A stretch of DNA of 64,000 nucleotides from Octopus vulgaris (GCA_951406725.2 OX597826.1:17918001-17982000); one strand, 5' to 3'; shown: positions 38,570 to 52,955, numbered from the stretch's first letter. The notes: generated from the sequence alone by a model not told the origin. Numbers and translations: made by a program.

Positions 38570-39012
38570 GGTTCCAAATTTTGGCACCAGGCCAGTAATT
38601 TTGGGGGCGGGACTAAGTTGATTAAATCGACTCCAGTGCTCAACTGGTGCTTCTTTTATCAACCCTGAAAGGATGAAAAGCAAAGTCGACCTTAGTGAGA
38701 TTTGAACTCAGACTGTAAAGATGGATGGAATGCCCCTAAGCATTTTGCCCAGCATGCTAACAAATCTGCCAGCTCCCTGCCTTCTATGGTGGTGGTATAT
38801 ACAGCATGCCGGGTGAAATGCTTAGCGGCATTTCGTCTGCGTTATGTTGTGAGTTCAAATTCCGCCGAGGTTGACTTTGCCTTTCATCCTTTCGGGGTCA
38901 ATAAATTAAGTACCTGTTACACACTGGGGTTGATGTAATCGACTTAATACCTATGTCTGTCCTTGTTTGTCCCCTCTGTGTTTAGCCCCTTCTGGGTAAT
39001 AAAGAAATAGGT
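38570..39012. mobile_element. Two SINEs of a second octopus family (OK/Nin-type), head-to-head: minus about 38570-38785 and plus about 38805-39012. Other copies near 5186, 8291, 43825, 49125, 51277, 51723, 57747 and 62700
   Basis: Shared core gagttcaaattccgccgaggttgactttgcctttcatcctttcggggtc(a/g)ataaattaagtacc in both orientations. Confidence 0.8.
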
Positions 39013-40717
39013 ATATACTAACTGTAGTTGTGTACAGTGTTAGCGAGTGTAGTGTGTTCTGGCTGCGATGGTCTATAATGGAAGAAATGATATACAGAGT
39101 ATAGAGGAAGTGTTTCAGAGTACAAGGTGAACGTTATGAGGGATGAAATGGTACTCTAACACCACCTCTTGTATAAGGTGTGTTAGTGGTCTGTTTATTG
39201 TGGTATATCAGAATTGGCACCTCTTCAACTCTTTGCCACTTCATTAGTATTGCCATGCTACAATAACCAGCACTGCCGCTACCATCACTTAGCGCACTCT
39301 AACACAATTACAGCTGCTACTATTCAATCAAAGCCCTGCTACTCCTTGATACTCCTACATAACAACTACTATAACCAACATCATTACATTCCTCTTTTTA
39401 CTTTTGTACATCAACTACTATGATTGCTACCACTACTTACCTATGCTCCTATGTATTAATTACTTTAGCTTATACTCCCCTATACTCTTACATACTCCTA
39501 AATACTACAATAATTACCACTGCTATTTTTCTATAGTCTTGCCAACTTATTATTCCATCTTCTCTAAAAATGACTACATTCGTTATTCAGCTTCAATAAC
39601 TACCAGCATACTGCTCATATGCTCTGCTTCCAGGTAATCAGGGCAGGGTGAGTTCAGTACCTTGTATCTACCAGTGAATACCAACTTTTCTCTCTTCAGT
39701 TTCGAAACTGATGCTACTAGTAATTCCACATTGTAAACAAACTATCGGGACTCTTGCAATAAAAATTTCACTGTTAACCATAAAGTGAGAAAGAGAGAGA
39801 AGGAGAGAGGGGGAAACAGAGAGAGAGAGAGAGAGAGACAGACAGAGAGAGAGAGCATATACTAGACGCATTATACATGTCCTTATTTCACAAAAGAGAC
39901 TATTCTACAAGAACTGGAGACCAAATGATGACCAATAAGTAAATAAAAAATACTGCAATAAGATTAGACAGCTGTGTGCTTTTTTTAAAGAGCCATGTAA
40001 TGCAGAATAGCACTAGGAAGATAGAAAATACTGATAGAAGGCATTAAAAAAAGATGTGGGTAGGGTGTTTAAGTAAGGTTATAATAAAAAGACAAAAGTA
40101 TACAGCAGTGTCCATGAGCCTCATAGGCTTTTCAGGACAAAGTGATGCTGGTAATGCTTTGTGCAAGCTTGTGAGTTGACATCTTCAGAAGAAAGTTGAC
40201 CAAAGAAGGAATTTCAGAAGGCTGACATTCTAGGTGGGGAAGAGCTGGTAATAGGCATCAGTATGGGCCTGGTGATGTTGAACATAACCTGGATGATGAG
40301 AGGTAAAATAAGTGAGTCAGGTGTACTTGAGTGGAGATAGCATGAGACCAATCAACTCTGAGGAGCAGAGGCCATTGTAATTTCAGAGAGGCATCATGTC
40401 TCTGGAACAGAGAGAGAAAGTATCTTTATAAGTGACTTTAAATTGATCACTGGAGTGGTTTTGCCCTAGATATAGTCTAGAATACCAAGAATACCAAAGT
40501 TATCAGGTGAAAATTACACAATCAACTTGATGGTATTAATAATTTTATCACCAAGATTATTAGTGTGAATTATTCATGTGGTCAGTTTTAGCATTAGACT
40601 AGAGGACGGTTAATTTTAAAACATATTCATTTATACTGAATTTACTGTAATGGAGTCAAAAAAGAATTGAATGTAGAACATGGAGTAAATAATTCTGTTA
40701 TATATCAGCTCGACCAG

Positions 40718-40749
<32 letters not shown>

Positions 40750-41667
40750 GTCATCATCATTATTTAATGTCCACTTTTCATGCTGGTATGGGTAAGATAG
40801 TTTGACTGGAGCTGTTAAGCTGGGGGCTACACCAGGCCCCATGTGTCTGTTTTGGCTTGGTTTCTATGGCTGAATGCCCTTCCCTAACACCATCCATTCC
40901 ACAGTGTGTACTGGGTGTCTTTTACATGTCACCAGCATGGGTGCCTTTTATGTATCCCTGTCAGAGGTGCCTTTTATGTGTCACCAGTAGGGAACTCTTT
41001 CACATGTCACCAGCACTGGTCAAACTTATTCTCAAAGCTTTTATGCCACACCTATGTTCCCTATGGCAAGGAATTTTTATAACCTATATTTATATTTATG
41101 TGAACTGAACCTATGATCCACTCTCACCTCAGTTTACCAGGTATTCGATGGTTCCACCCTTTCTCTCTGTTTTACCTTGTGCACTCTAAATACTTTTACT
41201 CCCAGCTCATCTTTTGCATACAGCCACTCACCTATAATATCTCAAACTGAATTACCCACATTCGGATTTTCTCGTTAACCTATGGAGATTCTACGTACAC
41301 ACATTTTAATCATATACTGTAAATATATGCATACATTAGATAGACATAATTGTTCTAGGTTTTATGAGGTGGAGGTAATTCATTACAGAATGCTAATCCT
41401 CTCAAAGGATTAAGTTGACCCATCCAACCCATGCCAGCATAGAAATACAGATATAAAGATGACGACGACGATGATGATGATGATGATGTTGATGATGATG
41501 ATGACAACAATGATAATGGTGGTGGTGATTATGATGATGGTGATAATGATATGATTATTCTTTATATATGTATTTGTAATAATTCAAAATTAACTCATTT
41601 ATCCCGATGGCTTTGGAAAGTTCATGTGCATGGCCCTACATTCACAGAGTTAAGAAAAACATTAAAC

Positions 41668-41707
<40 letters not shown>

Positions 41708-42134
41708 CACACACATAAACACACACATAAACACGCACACACACACACCAAACTATACACACATACACACACATGCACACCACATACACAAACACAGGTA
41801 CACACACACAAATCAATAAAAAAAAACAGCCTCTCCAGTGTGTGCAGCCAATTGGAAACATCAGGTTGACTCAGGGAATGTTCTCTGTAATCTTACTAAA
41901 CTCTGGCACCCATTAATGCTGTAGGGACTCCTTAGATTCAAAAGTTTTTGCATTGAAAGAACCAACATTAAAACAACAGATAAAAGTTTCAGTTGTAATG
42001 AAACGAAACTTTGGTGGTGACCTTGCTTGCAACCCAACTCAAACATGACCAACACACCAGAACATGACTACAGTATGATCTAGTTTAGTCAAACAAATAT
42101 GAAAGCACACATACACATTCTCATTCACGCACAC

Positions 42135-42229
<95 letters not shown>

Positions 42230-44170
42230 TACATGCATGCATATATATGCACACATGTAGTTGTAATGTCACTATTCACTGTAGGTTTAAACTTTTGTTT
42301 GTTTTTAACCATCTTTGATAAATCTTGGAGAATGCAGGCAGCCATTCCTTGGTTACTTTGCCCATCATAACTTCTCCCTCTTTGAGAGACTTTAATCACA
42401 AGTGAGACACAAAGCAGAACAAGATCGACACATTGTGGCCTCACCAATTCACTGCAACAGCCAATTAACAAACATCTACTGTGTGAAAAATTTCACCAGT
42501 GATTCAGCACCAGATGTTAGCATATCCTTTAACGTCCTTCACTTTTCTTTGATTGGCCACTTCTGTAGCCTGTATTTATTGAAGTAGATTTAGCTATGGA
42601 AACCTAACAGTAACATAACAACATTAGATATGTGGTGCAGTTTTGGACATTATTCTTCTTAACTCAATTCCTTTTCACTTTTGCAGGCAGAGATCCATTT
42701 GTAAAACGTAGGCAAGGAATAAACAGGATTTCTGAAAGAATGAAGAATGTTGATTGTTCTGAACATATTTCCATTAACGAGATTTCATGACTGTGTTATG
42801 GAAATAGTATTATGTTGAAAATTTGTACGAAGATCAATAAGCGACTGATAGATGAAGGAAATTTTCTGGTAGACTTTCTCAATTACAGACAGGATTGTCT
42901 AATTTCAATTCAATGTGTCAATTGTACCATAACTAGGAAACTGAAGATTTCAGCAAAGATCCAAGATGTTCAAAAAGAACAGTTGCATTGATGTTGTTAC
43001 TGTTATTTCTGTTTGTGTTATGTGTGTGTATTTTATTTATTTATCCTCAAATACTTTTATTGATAAAGATAAGTTCAAAGAATTTACTGAAAGTAGTGTT
43101 CAGAGATGGAGAGAAGCCGACTTGGTCAGGGAAAAGGAGGTGGTTGTTTATCTTTGCAGATTAAGAGATTAATGAGAAAAATTTTTATTGTCAGGAGATC
43201 TTTGGAATTGGAAGCTAAAAGACAATCAAAGTTATCTTGAATGTTTCACAAGATGGTAAAGAAAACAAAAGAGAAACCAATATTAGTTTCTCTTTCCAAC
43301 TCTACAGTGGATTGATTGGAACAGATCAAAACTACTTGGTAACCACAACAATAGCTACAACAACCTTATCAGTGAGAGAACATAGTTGCTTGACCTGCTA
43401 GAGGTATCAACCAAATTTTCCTTAAATCACACTCACTTATCTTGGAAAAGAGGATGCATTGGCTAATGTATTCCAAGAAACTTCTAAAAATACCCAATGG
43501 TTCTGGTTGGAATGTTTTTATAATAGAGAAGCTTGATCAGGGCTGATTTGGAGCTGAATAACAACAACAACAACACGATGAAGGAAGTACTTGAACTCAC
43601 TCAGTGTAGCTGCCAACTCTAAAATGGAGAAAATTCAATTTAAGTCTTCAAAATTCAGGACATTATCCTTTACAATAAGACAGAATGACTGTGGTTGGAA
43701 TGGTTGAACCACCTTATGTCTATACATCCATTGAAATGGACAGTTAGATGGTTGATAAACTGTGAGTGGAAAATTATTAACTATGTTGAACTAACTAAAG
43801 TTATTCAACAACTACTACTATACTGGTTTGGTATTTTGGCACAAGGCCAGCCATTTCAGGGAGAAATAAGTTGATTGCATCGAGCCCAGTGCTCAACTGG
43901 AACTTATTTTATCAGCCCTGAAAGGATAAAAGGTAAAGTTCACCTCAGTGGAGTTTGAACTCAGAACATAAAGATGGATGAGATGTTACTAAGCATTTTG
44001 CCTTGTGTGCTAATGGTTCTGCCAGTGAACAACAATAACCTTTGTGAAAGAGCTGCTACCATGACCACAGCTACCACCATCACCACTATGACCATGACCA
44101 AAACCAAGACGATGACAAACCCTTCCCCCCCACCACCACCACTCGCACAATCAATACTTAAAAATAGTAG

Positions 44171-44588
44171 CCAGGAGTGGCTGTGTGGTAAGTAGCTTGC
44201 TTACCAACCACATGGTTCCGGGTTCAGTCCCACTGCGTGGCACCTTGGGCAAGTGTTCTTCTACTATAGCCTCGGGCCGACCAAAGCCTTGTGAGTGGAT
44301 TTGGTAGGCAGAAACTGAAAGAAGCCCGTCGTATATATGTATATATATGTATACATGTGTGTATATGTTTGTGTGTCTGTGTTTGTCCTCCCAACATCGC
44401 TTGACAACCGATGTTGGTGTGTTTACATCCCTGTAACTTAGCGATTCAGCAAAAGAGACCGATAGAATAAGTACTAGGCTTACAAAGAATAAATCCTGGG
44501 GTTCGATTTCCTTGACTAAAGGTGGTGCTCCAGCATGGCCTCAGTCAAATGACTGAAACAAGTAAAAGAGTAAAAGAGTAAAAGAGAG
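44171..44588 (+). mobile_element. Full-length tRNA-derived octopus SINE (OR-type)
   Basis: ggagtggctgtgtggtaagtagcttgc...ggttccgggttcagtccc head; (gtaaaaga)n tail. Confidence 0.88.
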
Positions 44589-45606
44589 TGCTCCTTCAAA
44601 CTGGACTCTACTTAAAAATAGAAGATATTAGATAATGTGAGGAATTGAAGACCAGTGGTTCTCAGCCATTTTTCGCTTTCCACCATATTCTAGAATATCA
44701 TTCACTGTTTTTTTAATATTGAATCAAAAGAGGCATTTCAAATAATATACATTCAAAACTGAAAACAGATTGTTTTAAATACTGGGATGCCTCCCTAAAA
44801 ATTGTGGATAGCTTCTGTTACTTAGGGAGCATAATTAGCAGGGCTGGTTATTGCTCTAAAATTATAATAGCTGAGACAAGAACATACTGGAAGAAGTTCA
44901 GGCAACTGTTTCCACTGTTAGCAACAAAGGTCTTTTTCCTGAAAGTCAAAAGCAGATTGTGTTGAAATCAAGAAGACTTGCAAAGACTAAAAAGAAAAGA
45001 AACGAATATGCTGTGAGTGGTGTATAACTGAGTATTCAGATAAGCTGAGTAAAGAATGATGTATAAGGGGAATAAAGTGTGTTGTGTGCAAAGAAGAGGT
45101 TGCCCTTATAAGGACATGAGATGCATAAGGAAGATGATTCCTAGGCAAAGAAGTGTTGAGCATTCCAAGATAGGGAAACCTGTGGTAGAGGAAGAGCAAA
45201 AAAGACTTGGAACCAAATCGAGAAGACTGACTTGAAGATGTTGCAATCACAGAAAACAAATGACAAAGAAACATACTCCTACTATGGTCGGATTCCAACA
45301 TGGTCCACAGCAACAAAGTCCACCCACCACACTTCTCTGTCCAACATCATTGATTTGAGGTCCTGTTTGCATTCTAGCCCAGTGTCTGAGATCAAGTTGT
45401 CGATGTGTGACAATGTTTTTCTCTTCTTGTGGGTTCTTCAAGACTGATTCGGATGCTTCCCATTCAGGGTGGCAAAATGCAATGACCAGACAGTCACAAC
45501 CATCTGAACCGTACTGATTGGCAAAATGCAGTATGACAGATGACCTATCCACAGGCACATAAGGACAGTGTTTAAAAAGCTGGAAATCTACCTATCTATT
45601 TGTCTA

Positions 45607-45673
<67 letters not shown>

Positions 45674-45692
45674 TTATCTATCTATCTATCTT

Positions 45693-45760
<68 letters not shown>

Positions 45761-46129
45761 CCTATCTATCTATCTATCAATCTATCTATCTAGCTATATA
45801 TATTAAATATCTATGTGTACAGAAAACAGTGAAGATTGAAACTATGATGTCCATATCTGTCTTTGATATGTTCCAGCCGAATCAGACGTGAATATGCTAA
45901 TTGCTGATGTATTTTGTCTTTGAAGAACAACTTCATTCAGAGACTGTATGCCCACAGCACACTTGATTCATTCAGGTGAGGGGACTTTGAGGCAATGTAA
46001 TTTCTCAAACCTGGTTGTGTCTCTTCAAAGCTGCCCTCCGGATCAATGAATTGAGTCTGTTTGAACATAGAACTAAATACAAAAAAAGAATAGCATGTTT
46101 ACGTTTGATTCTGCTTGAACACATGTATG

Positions 46130-47004
46130 AAGGTGCATGGCTTAGAAGTGTTTGGCTCACGATTGTAAGGTTGAGAGTTCGATTCCTGGTGGCATGTTGG
46201 TCCATGAGCAAGACACTTTATTTCATGTTGCTCCAGTCCACTCAGCTGGCAAAAATGAGTGGTACCTGTATTTCAAAGGGCCACCTTCATCACACTCTGT
46301 GCCATGCTGAATCTCCCTGCTGGATTTTGAAACTAGTAAACAATTAACTTTTTTTTTCATGTTTATATATATATTCGTAACATAATAGGCATAGGCATGG
46401 CTGTGTGTTGAGAAGCTTGCTTCCAAACAACATGACTCCAGGTTCAGTCCCACTGCAAGGTACTTTGGGCAAGTACCTTCTAATATAGCCTCAGGCCGAC
46501 CAAAACCTTGTGAGTGGATTTGGCAGATGGAAACTGAAAGAAGTCTGTCACATATATATATATATATGTGTGTGTATCTTTGTGTCTGTGATTGTTTTCC
46601 CTTATCACTTGACAACTGGTGTTGGTTTATTTACCTCCCTGTAACTTAGCAGTTCAGCAAAAAGTACAACAAAATAAGTATTAGGCTTTAAAAAGGAAAT
46701 GTACTGGGGGGGGGGGGGTTGATTTGTTTGACTAAAAGTTCTTCAAGGTGGTGTCCAATATGTCCCCAGTCTAATAACTGGAACAAGTAAAAGATAAAAG
46801 ATAGAAGATAACTAATTATTTGATGTACCAAAGATACTGAAGCTAGGAGTGGCTGTGTGGTAAGTAGCTTGCTAACCAACCACATGGTTCCGGGTTCAGT
46901 CCCACTGCGTGGCACCTTGGGCAAGTGTCTTCTGCTATAGCCCCGGGCCGACCAATGCCTTGTGAGTGGATTTGGTAGACGGAAACTGAAAGAAGCCTGT
47001 CGTA

Positions 47005-47075
<71 letters not shown>

Positions 47076-47271
47076 TTGTCCCCCTAGCATTGCTTGACAA
47101 CCGATGCTGGTGTGTTTACGTCCCCGTCACTTAGCGGTTCGGCAAAAGAGACCGATAGAATAAGTACTGGGCTTACAAAGAATAAGTCCTGGGGTTGATT
47201 TGATCGACTAAAGGCGGTGCTTCAGCATGGCCACAGTCAAATGACTGAAACAAGTAAAAGAGTAAAAGAGT
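46130..47271 (+). mobile_element. Tandem cluster of three SINEs (about 46130-46320, 46385-46805 and 46843-47271)
   Basis: Three successive tRNA-like heads; the last copy is close to consensus. Confidence 0.82.
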
Positions 47272-47329
47272 ACTTAAAAAAAAACAAAGAAAAAAAACAA
47301 GAAGTTCTCTAAAATTCCTGGTTAATTCA

Positions 47330-48650
47330 AGTTATTATATTCTGAAGAATGTGCAGTCAATGTGCAGCCTGTGGTTGCATTTTCTTTGTTGTTTCTTGAA
47401 TACAAGGAAGAGTATTTTGTTTCCATTTGCAACACAATTGAAAAAACCTGAACCATAAAGATACGTTGGCACAAATAAAGCAATGCTTGTACAGCTCTTT
47501 CTTCCACTTTTAGGAAGGAATTGCACATTAAAAACAAAAATTCTGTCAATGATTCTTCGTCAAACATACCTCTGACTCCTGAGATCCTTTTTCAGCTCCA
47601 CTCAGAAAATATTCTTCAGCTGATAATCTTAAAGATTTAGCACCATATCCACAGGACATCACTGAAATAAGGAAAAATCATTATCGTTGTTGTTGTCGTC
47701 ATCATGGTCACCATTGCTGCCACCATTGCCTCCATTGTAATTTAATGTCTATTTTCCATGCTGGTATGGGTTGGCCAGCTTGACAGGAACTGACCAGCCA
47801 CTGGCTGCACCAGGTTCCACGGTCTGTTTTGGCTTGCTTTCTACAGCTCAATGCCCTTCCTAATACTAACCACTTTACAAAGTGGATTGGGTGCTTTTTA
47901 CATGGCACCAGCACCCACATCCCACCAATGCTTTTTACATGGCACCTTGGTTTTAGGATATCATGATTGTTGAGGATTAGCACTATATCCACTGTACATC
48001 ACTGAAATAAGGGAAAATATGAATTGAATTCATTTTTTGGTGCTGTGAAATGCTGCAAAATTTTGTTTTTGGCAAATTTTAGAAGTAGTTGGTCTTCTTT
48101 GCAACAAAACTTGATGACAGTTTCCAGTTTGTTTATGACAGGTTTCAAAGAATCAATGAATTCTATGATGTTTGTATTTCTTTCTTGCATTTAAACCTCC
48201 ACTTTATTCAGCTGATGGAAACTATAATCCATTCATAATTCCAGCCAAGCAAAATATCTCATCTTAATCTAAATTTCAAAAGTAATTTGGAGCCATCATC
48301 AAGCTCAAATAACCATTCACTTATATTTCTTGTTGAAAGCTATGAAACATTCCAGTAGAAGAAGGATTGTCAGTATATAAATTGCATGAAAAGTTAAGAG
48401 TTGACTGCCCATCTTCCCTTCTTTTTACAAAATTCACAATTTGATTTGTTTACCTCAAATCTTCTTTGTTAGAACTTGAAGTGTTTCCGAGAGCAGCTCT
48501 TCACAACAGCTCATGCAATGAATAGCTTTCACTTTTGGAGCTTACTGTTTCACACAAACTTCAAACCCAGATCTTGTTCACAAACTACAATTCTACAGAT
48601 TGAAGATAATCTACAGGAAATCACACTTTATTAAAAAATGGATCAAATTC
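47330..48650 (-). mobile_element. Decayed hAT (Charlie/Buster, ZBED5-like) transposase, split by an RTE-type insert
   Basis: MQERNTNIIEFIDSLK...LQHFTAPKNEFNSYFP and FVPTYLYGSGFF (PTTYLCESGFS dimerisation motif), ETKYSS. Confidence 0.75.
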
Positions 48651-48840
48651 CTCCCTACTCTCAAATCCTTGAAATTCCTAAACGGGATTCAGAGAAGCAT
48701 GCAGCCCAACCACATGACTCTAGGTTCATCCCACTTTGGGGTGCCTTGGTCAAGTGTCTTCAACTGTCAAATCCACTCAGGCCGACCAAAGCTTTGTGAG
48801 TGGAGTTGGTAGATAGAAACTGAAAGAAGCCCGTCATGTG

Positions 48841-48885
<45 letters not shown>

Positions 48886-49584
48886 GTGTGGCTGTGTTTG
48901 TTCTTCACTACCACTTCACAACCAATGCTGGTTTGTTACATCCCCATAACTTAGCATTTTGGCTAAAGAGACTGATGGAATAAGTATCAGGCTTTAAAAA
49001 CTACTGGGCTCAATTTGTTCAACTAAAAATTCTTCAAGGTGCTGCTCCAGCATGGCCACAGTCTAATGACTGGATCAAGTAAAAGAATTTTAAAAATAAA
49101 GGAATACTAATATGTTTGAAAATATTGGTTTCAAATTTTGGCACAAGGCCTGCAATTTCAGGAGATGGGGTAAGTTGATTACATCAGCCCCAATGCTCAA
49201 CTGGTATTTATTTTATCAGCATCAAAAGGCTGAAAGGCAAAATTAACCTCAGCAGGAATTTGAACTCAGAACATAAAGATGGATGAAATAGCACTAAGCA
49301 TTTTGCCCAGCATGCAAACGATTCTGCTGGGTATATTTGGAAATATTATGGAATGGTTGTAGATGGAATTTCTTTGTTTATACTTTTCTTGACCTAACTT
49401 CAACAACATCACAACAGCAAAATGATGAGGAAGGAAGCCCCTACAAAATCACATAGTCTGCTAATAATAGCAGCCAAACAAAGGATTAATACAAATGCTA
49501 AGTCTGGAAAAAGTGTGAGTTTTCATTAATGGAACTTTTGTAATCATAGGTCAGAGCTGTCCTGGGATAAACAACTCCATCACA

Positions 49585-50150
49585 ACCATGATGATGATCA
49601 TCATCACCAGTTAGTGTCTGCTTTCCATGTTGGCATGGGTTAGATGGTTTGACTAGAACTGGTAATATGGAGAGCTGCACCAAGTTCCAGTCTGATTTTG
49701 GCATGGTTTCTATAGCTTGATGCCCTTCCTAATGCCAACCACTCCAAAAGTGTAATGGGTGCATTTTATGTGTCACCAGCACAGTTGCTTTTATGTGCCA
49801 CTGACACAGGCACCAGTTACATGACACCAGCATCAGCTATGACAATGATTTCACCTGGCTTGAGGAATCTTCTCGAGCACAGTACATTGCAAAAAGTCTT
49901 GGTCACTTGTCCTTGCCTCCATGAGGCCTGTTTGAAGATCATGCTTCTGCACCTCGACCCATGTCTTTCTGGGTCTACCTATTCCACAGGTTCCCTCCAC
50001 AGTTAGAAATTGGCACTTCTTCACACAGCTGTCCTCATCCATATGCATCACATGGTGCATCCATAGCATCACCAGTGCAGTCGTTTCTCTTGCACACTAA
50101 ATCTGATGCCTCTTATGCCCACACCAAAACACCACCTCTACTAATCACCA
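49585..50150 (-). mobile_element. RTE LINE 3' fragment
   Basis: HVMHMDEDSCVKKCQFLTVEGTCGIGRPRKTW plus the RTE 3' UTR and (GAT)n tail. Confidence 0.85.
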
Positions 50151-51409
50151 GTGAATCAAACCACAGATAATATTCTTTCTCACTTAAATGGGAATGTGTC
50201 TGTTAGAACAAACTATATTGTGGTAGGTACCATGATAGAAACTCTCATATTGGTTTTTGGTGCAAAATGCATTCTTGTTTATATCACTTGTGGGGAGATA
50301 AATCCCTGCCCCCTCCCGCACCGAGAGCACCAGATCATGTGATTTCGGCCTTCCTTGGTCTTGTCAATGATGGATGCTTGACTACATGAGATAACAGTGA
50401 CTCATCTCCCTGCTAGTGATGTATAGAATAATAGTGCCAGAACAGGTACTGGTATCAAGATTAGCCAGAGAGCTTGTTAAAAAATATATATTAGCAACAG
50501 AAGCAGTATTAATATATATTTTCCAATCCGTAAATATACTAGATAATAAGTTTAAACATCCCTTCATTGAAAGTATCAAAACTCCAGACCCTATCAGAAA
50601 TCTTTTTGTCTCCTTCATTGTTACCCCAATTTCTTTCTGTCAAGCTCTCAGACATATTCCCACCCAACTATCAACCTTACCGCTACCCCTAACCTCATAC
50701 ACTTGTCCTGAAAGGAGCTGATGATTTGAGTGAAATTTCATCTTGTACATGGCATGTCTTTATGTGATGTTGAACTAGATATGTCATGCTTGGAAGGAAA
50801 TGCAAACAGAAGCCACGAGACGGAAAGTACGCACTAATTGCTAAGCAAGGGCAGAGGCAATCCATATCCTCTCCACCACACAATTCTTTATCATTCGTTA
50901 GAAACATCATAACCATCAACAACTTGTATGTCCCTGCTTTTTCTTAATAATGATTTTGCCAAGAAGCCAAGGGTGAGTGAGGTGCTTTGTTGAACAGCAG
51001 GTGTCTCCCCTTCGTCCCCTTCACCACACAAATTGTTCTCAATATTATTTACACCATCACTAATGACATCATCACATATGTGTGAAAGTGCATGTGTGTG
51101 TATATGAGTATATGTGTGTGTGTGTGTGTGTGTGTTCACACATGTGCACCCCCACCCATGCTTTTGTTGGTTTTGCTGCAGGTACTGTTATTGTTGTTGC
51201 TGTTGATGTTATATTTCTTGCCCCATTTCTATTATATTCAAGTGAATGTCATTTTATGTCGTATCTATGCGTTTGGGTGGCAAGCTGGGTAGAACCGTTA
51301 GCACACTGTGTGAAATGCTCATCAAAATTTGGTCTGTCGCTACATCCTGAGTTCAAATTCCTCCAAGGTTGATGCTGCCTTTTATCCTTACAAGCTCAAT
51401 CAATAAAAT

Positions 51410-51627
51410 TAATTAATTAATGTTCGTCCTTCGGTTCGAAGATGACCAACTGACATCATCTGATGGAACTGCCGCCATGAGACCTGAGGTGGCTGGTGAG
51501 GCCAATCCGGGCAAGGAAGCCCCTCCCACAGGTGGGGCAGAAGTGGGTAGAGGCCGTGCTACTGGTGCAGGCGGCTCTGGCTTTACGCATCTGACGTTTC
51601 TGCTCCGCTGACCGAATCCGTCCCTCC
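51410..51627 (-). mobile_element. Young 5'-truncated RTE/BovB-like insertion inside a SINE
   Basis: Uninterrupted frame EGRIRSAEQKRQMRKARAACTSSTASTHFCPTCGRGFLARIGLTSHLRSH...* (C2H2 C-terminus), (ATTA)n tail, exact TSD tcaataaaat at 51400-51409 and 51628-51637. Confidence 0.85.
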
Positions 51628-52299
51628 TCAATAAAATATGAACCAGCTGGGCACCGGACTTATCCCATCCCCCAAACTTACTGGCCCCGTGCCAAAATTT
51701 GAAACCAGTTTAGTTGGTATATAAGGTGGCAAGCTGGCGGAATCACGAGAAAGCTGGGCAAAACACTTAGCAGCACTTGGTCTGTTTTTATGTTCTGAGT
51801 TCAAATTCAGCCAAGGTTGACTTTGCTTTAATCCATTCGAGGTTTATAACATAAGTAACAGTTGATCGAAGGGTCAATGGAATTGACATACCCACTCCCC
51901 CAAACTCGCTGGCCAAGCACCAAAATTTGAAATAGATATTATGTCGTCACACAGAAAAAAATCTGTTTATCCAAAATTCCTTTCTTTGACATCAAAATAT
52001 TGAAGTACTTATTTGCCACAAGGGCAACATAGATCAGTGTAATTCATAACATATGCAAAATACAAAAAAAAAAGAGTTGTGATATTTCTAACACAAATAA
52101 ATAAATAAAAAATAATAATGAATTTTCAAATTATCCCAAGGCCCCACAATGTGCTTGGAATTGAAGAATGGTTGATTAAATTGACCCCAATAAATGACTG
52201 GTGCATTTTTTTTATTAATGGAGGGTGAAGAGATGAAAGGCAAAATTGAATGTGTGATTATAAACACAAGAACCATCAAGGTATATAAGCTCTTTCCAG

Positions 52300-52955
52300 C
52301 TCAATGATGATGGTAACAATGATAACAAAGATAAGGGGCAGGATGGAGGTGATGATGACAACGAGAGTGGTTACAATGAAGGAGATGACGATGCTGATGA
52401 TGATGAGATGACAACAATGACAATGAGAAGGAGGACGAAGGAGATGATGAGAGCAATGTGAATGATGGCAGTGAAGAGGATGATCATGATGGGGACAATG
52501 ATGATGACAGCAATGACATTGATAAGGAGTGGGATGAAGATGCTGACGGCCACACGAATGATGACGATGTAGGGGATGATGATGATTATGATGATGACAG
52601 CAACAACAATGATAAGGAAGATGAGGGAGGTGATGATGGCAACAATCATGATGACAGTGAAGGTGAGGATTATATTGATGTTGATGATGATGATGATGAT
52701 GATGATACTCCTGAGGTTCTTAACAACAACAGCAATGATTACAAAGATGGTGGAGATGATGATGATGATGACAGCAATGACAGTGCTAAGAAGGATGATG
52801 GTGGCAACAAGAATGATGACAATGAAGGGATGAGGATGATGATGATGGTGAGGATGGTGAAGATGATGATGATGGTGACAGTAATGACAATGATAAGTTG
52901 GATGATGGTGATGTTTGGTAACGAGAATAGCCACAAAGAAGGCAATGATGCTGCT

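Noticed and set aside
30243-43300. Head-to-head ETFRF1/LYRM5 neighbour, as in the human CASC1 locus
   Set aside because: I found no LYR-motif coding exon on the plus strand.
50360-51075. Complex ORF-bearing stretch (50382-50618, 50416-50721, 50891-51139)
   Set aside because: No recognisable motif or splice structure. It is probably old retroelement sequence but cannot be assigned without a search.
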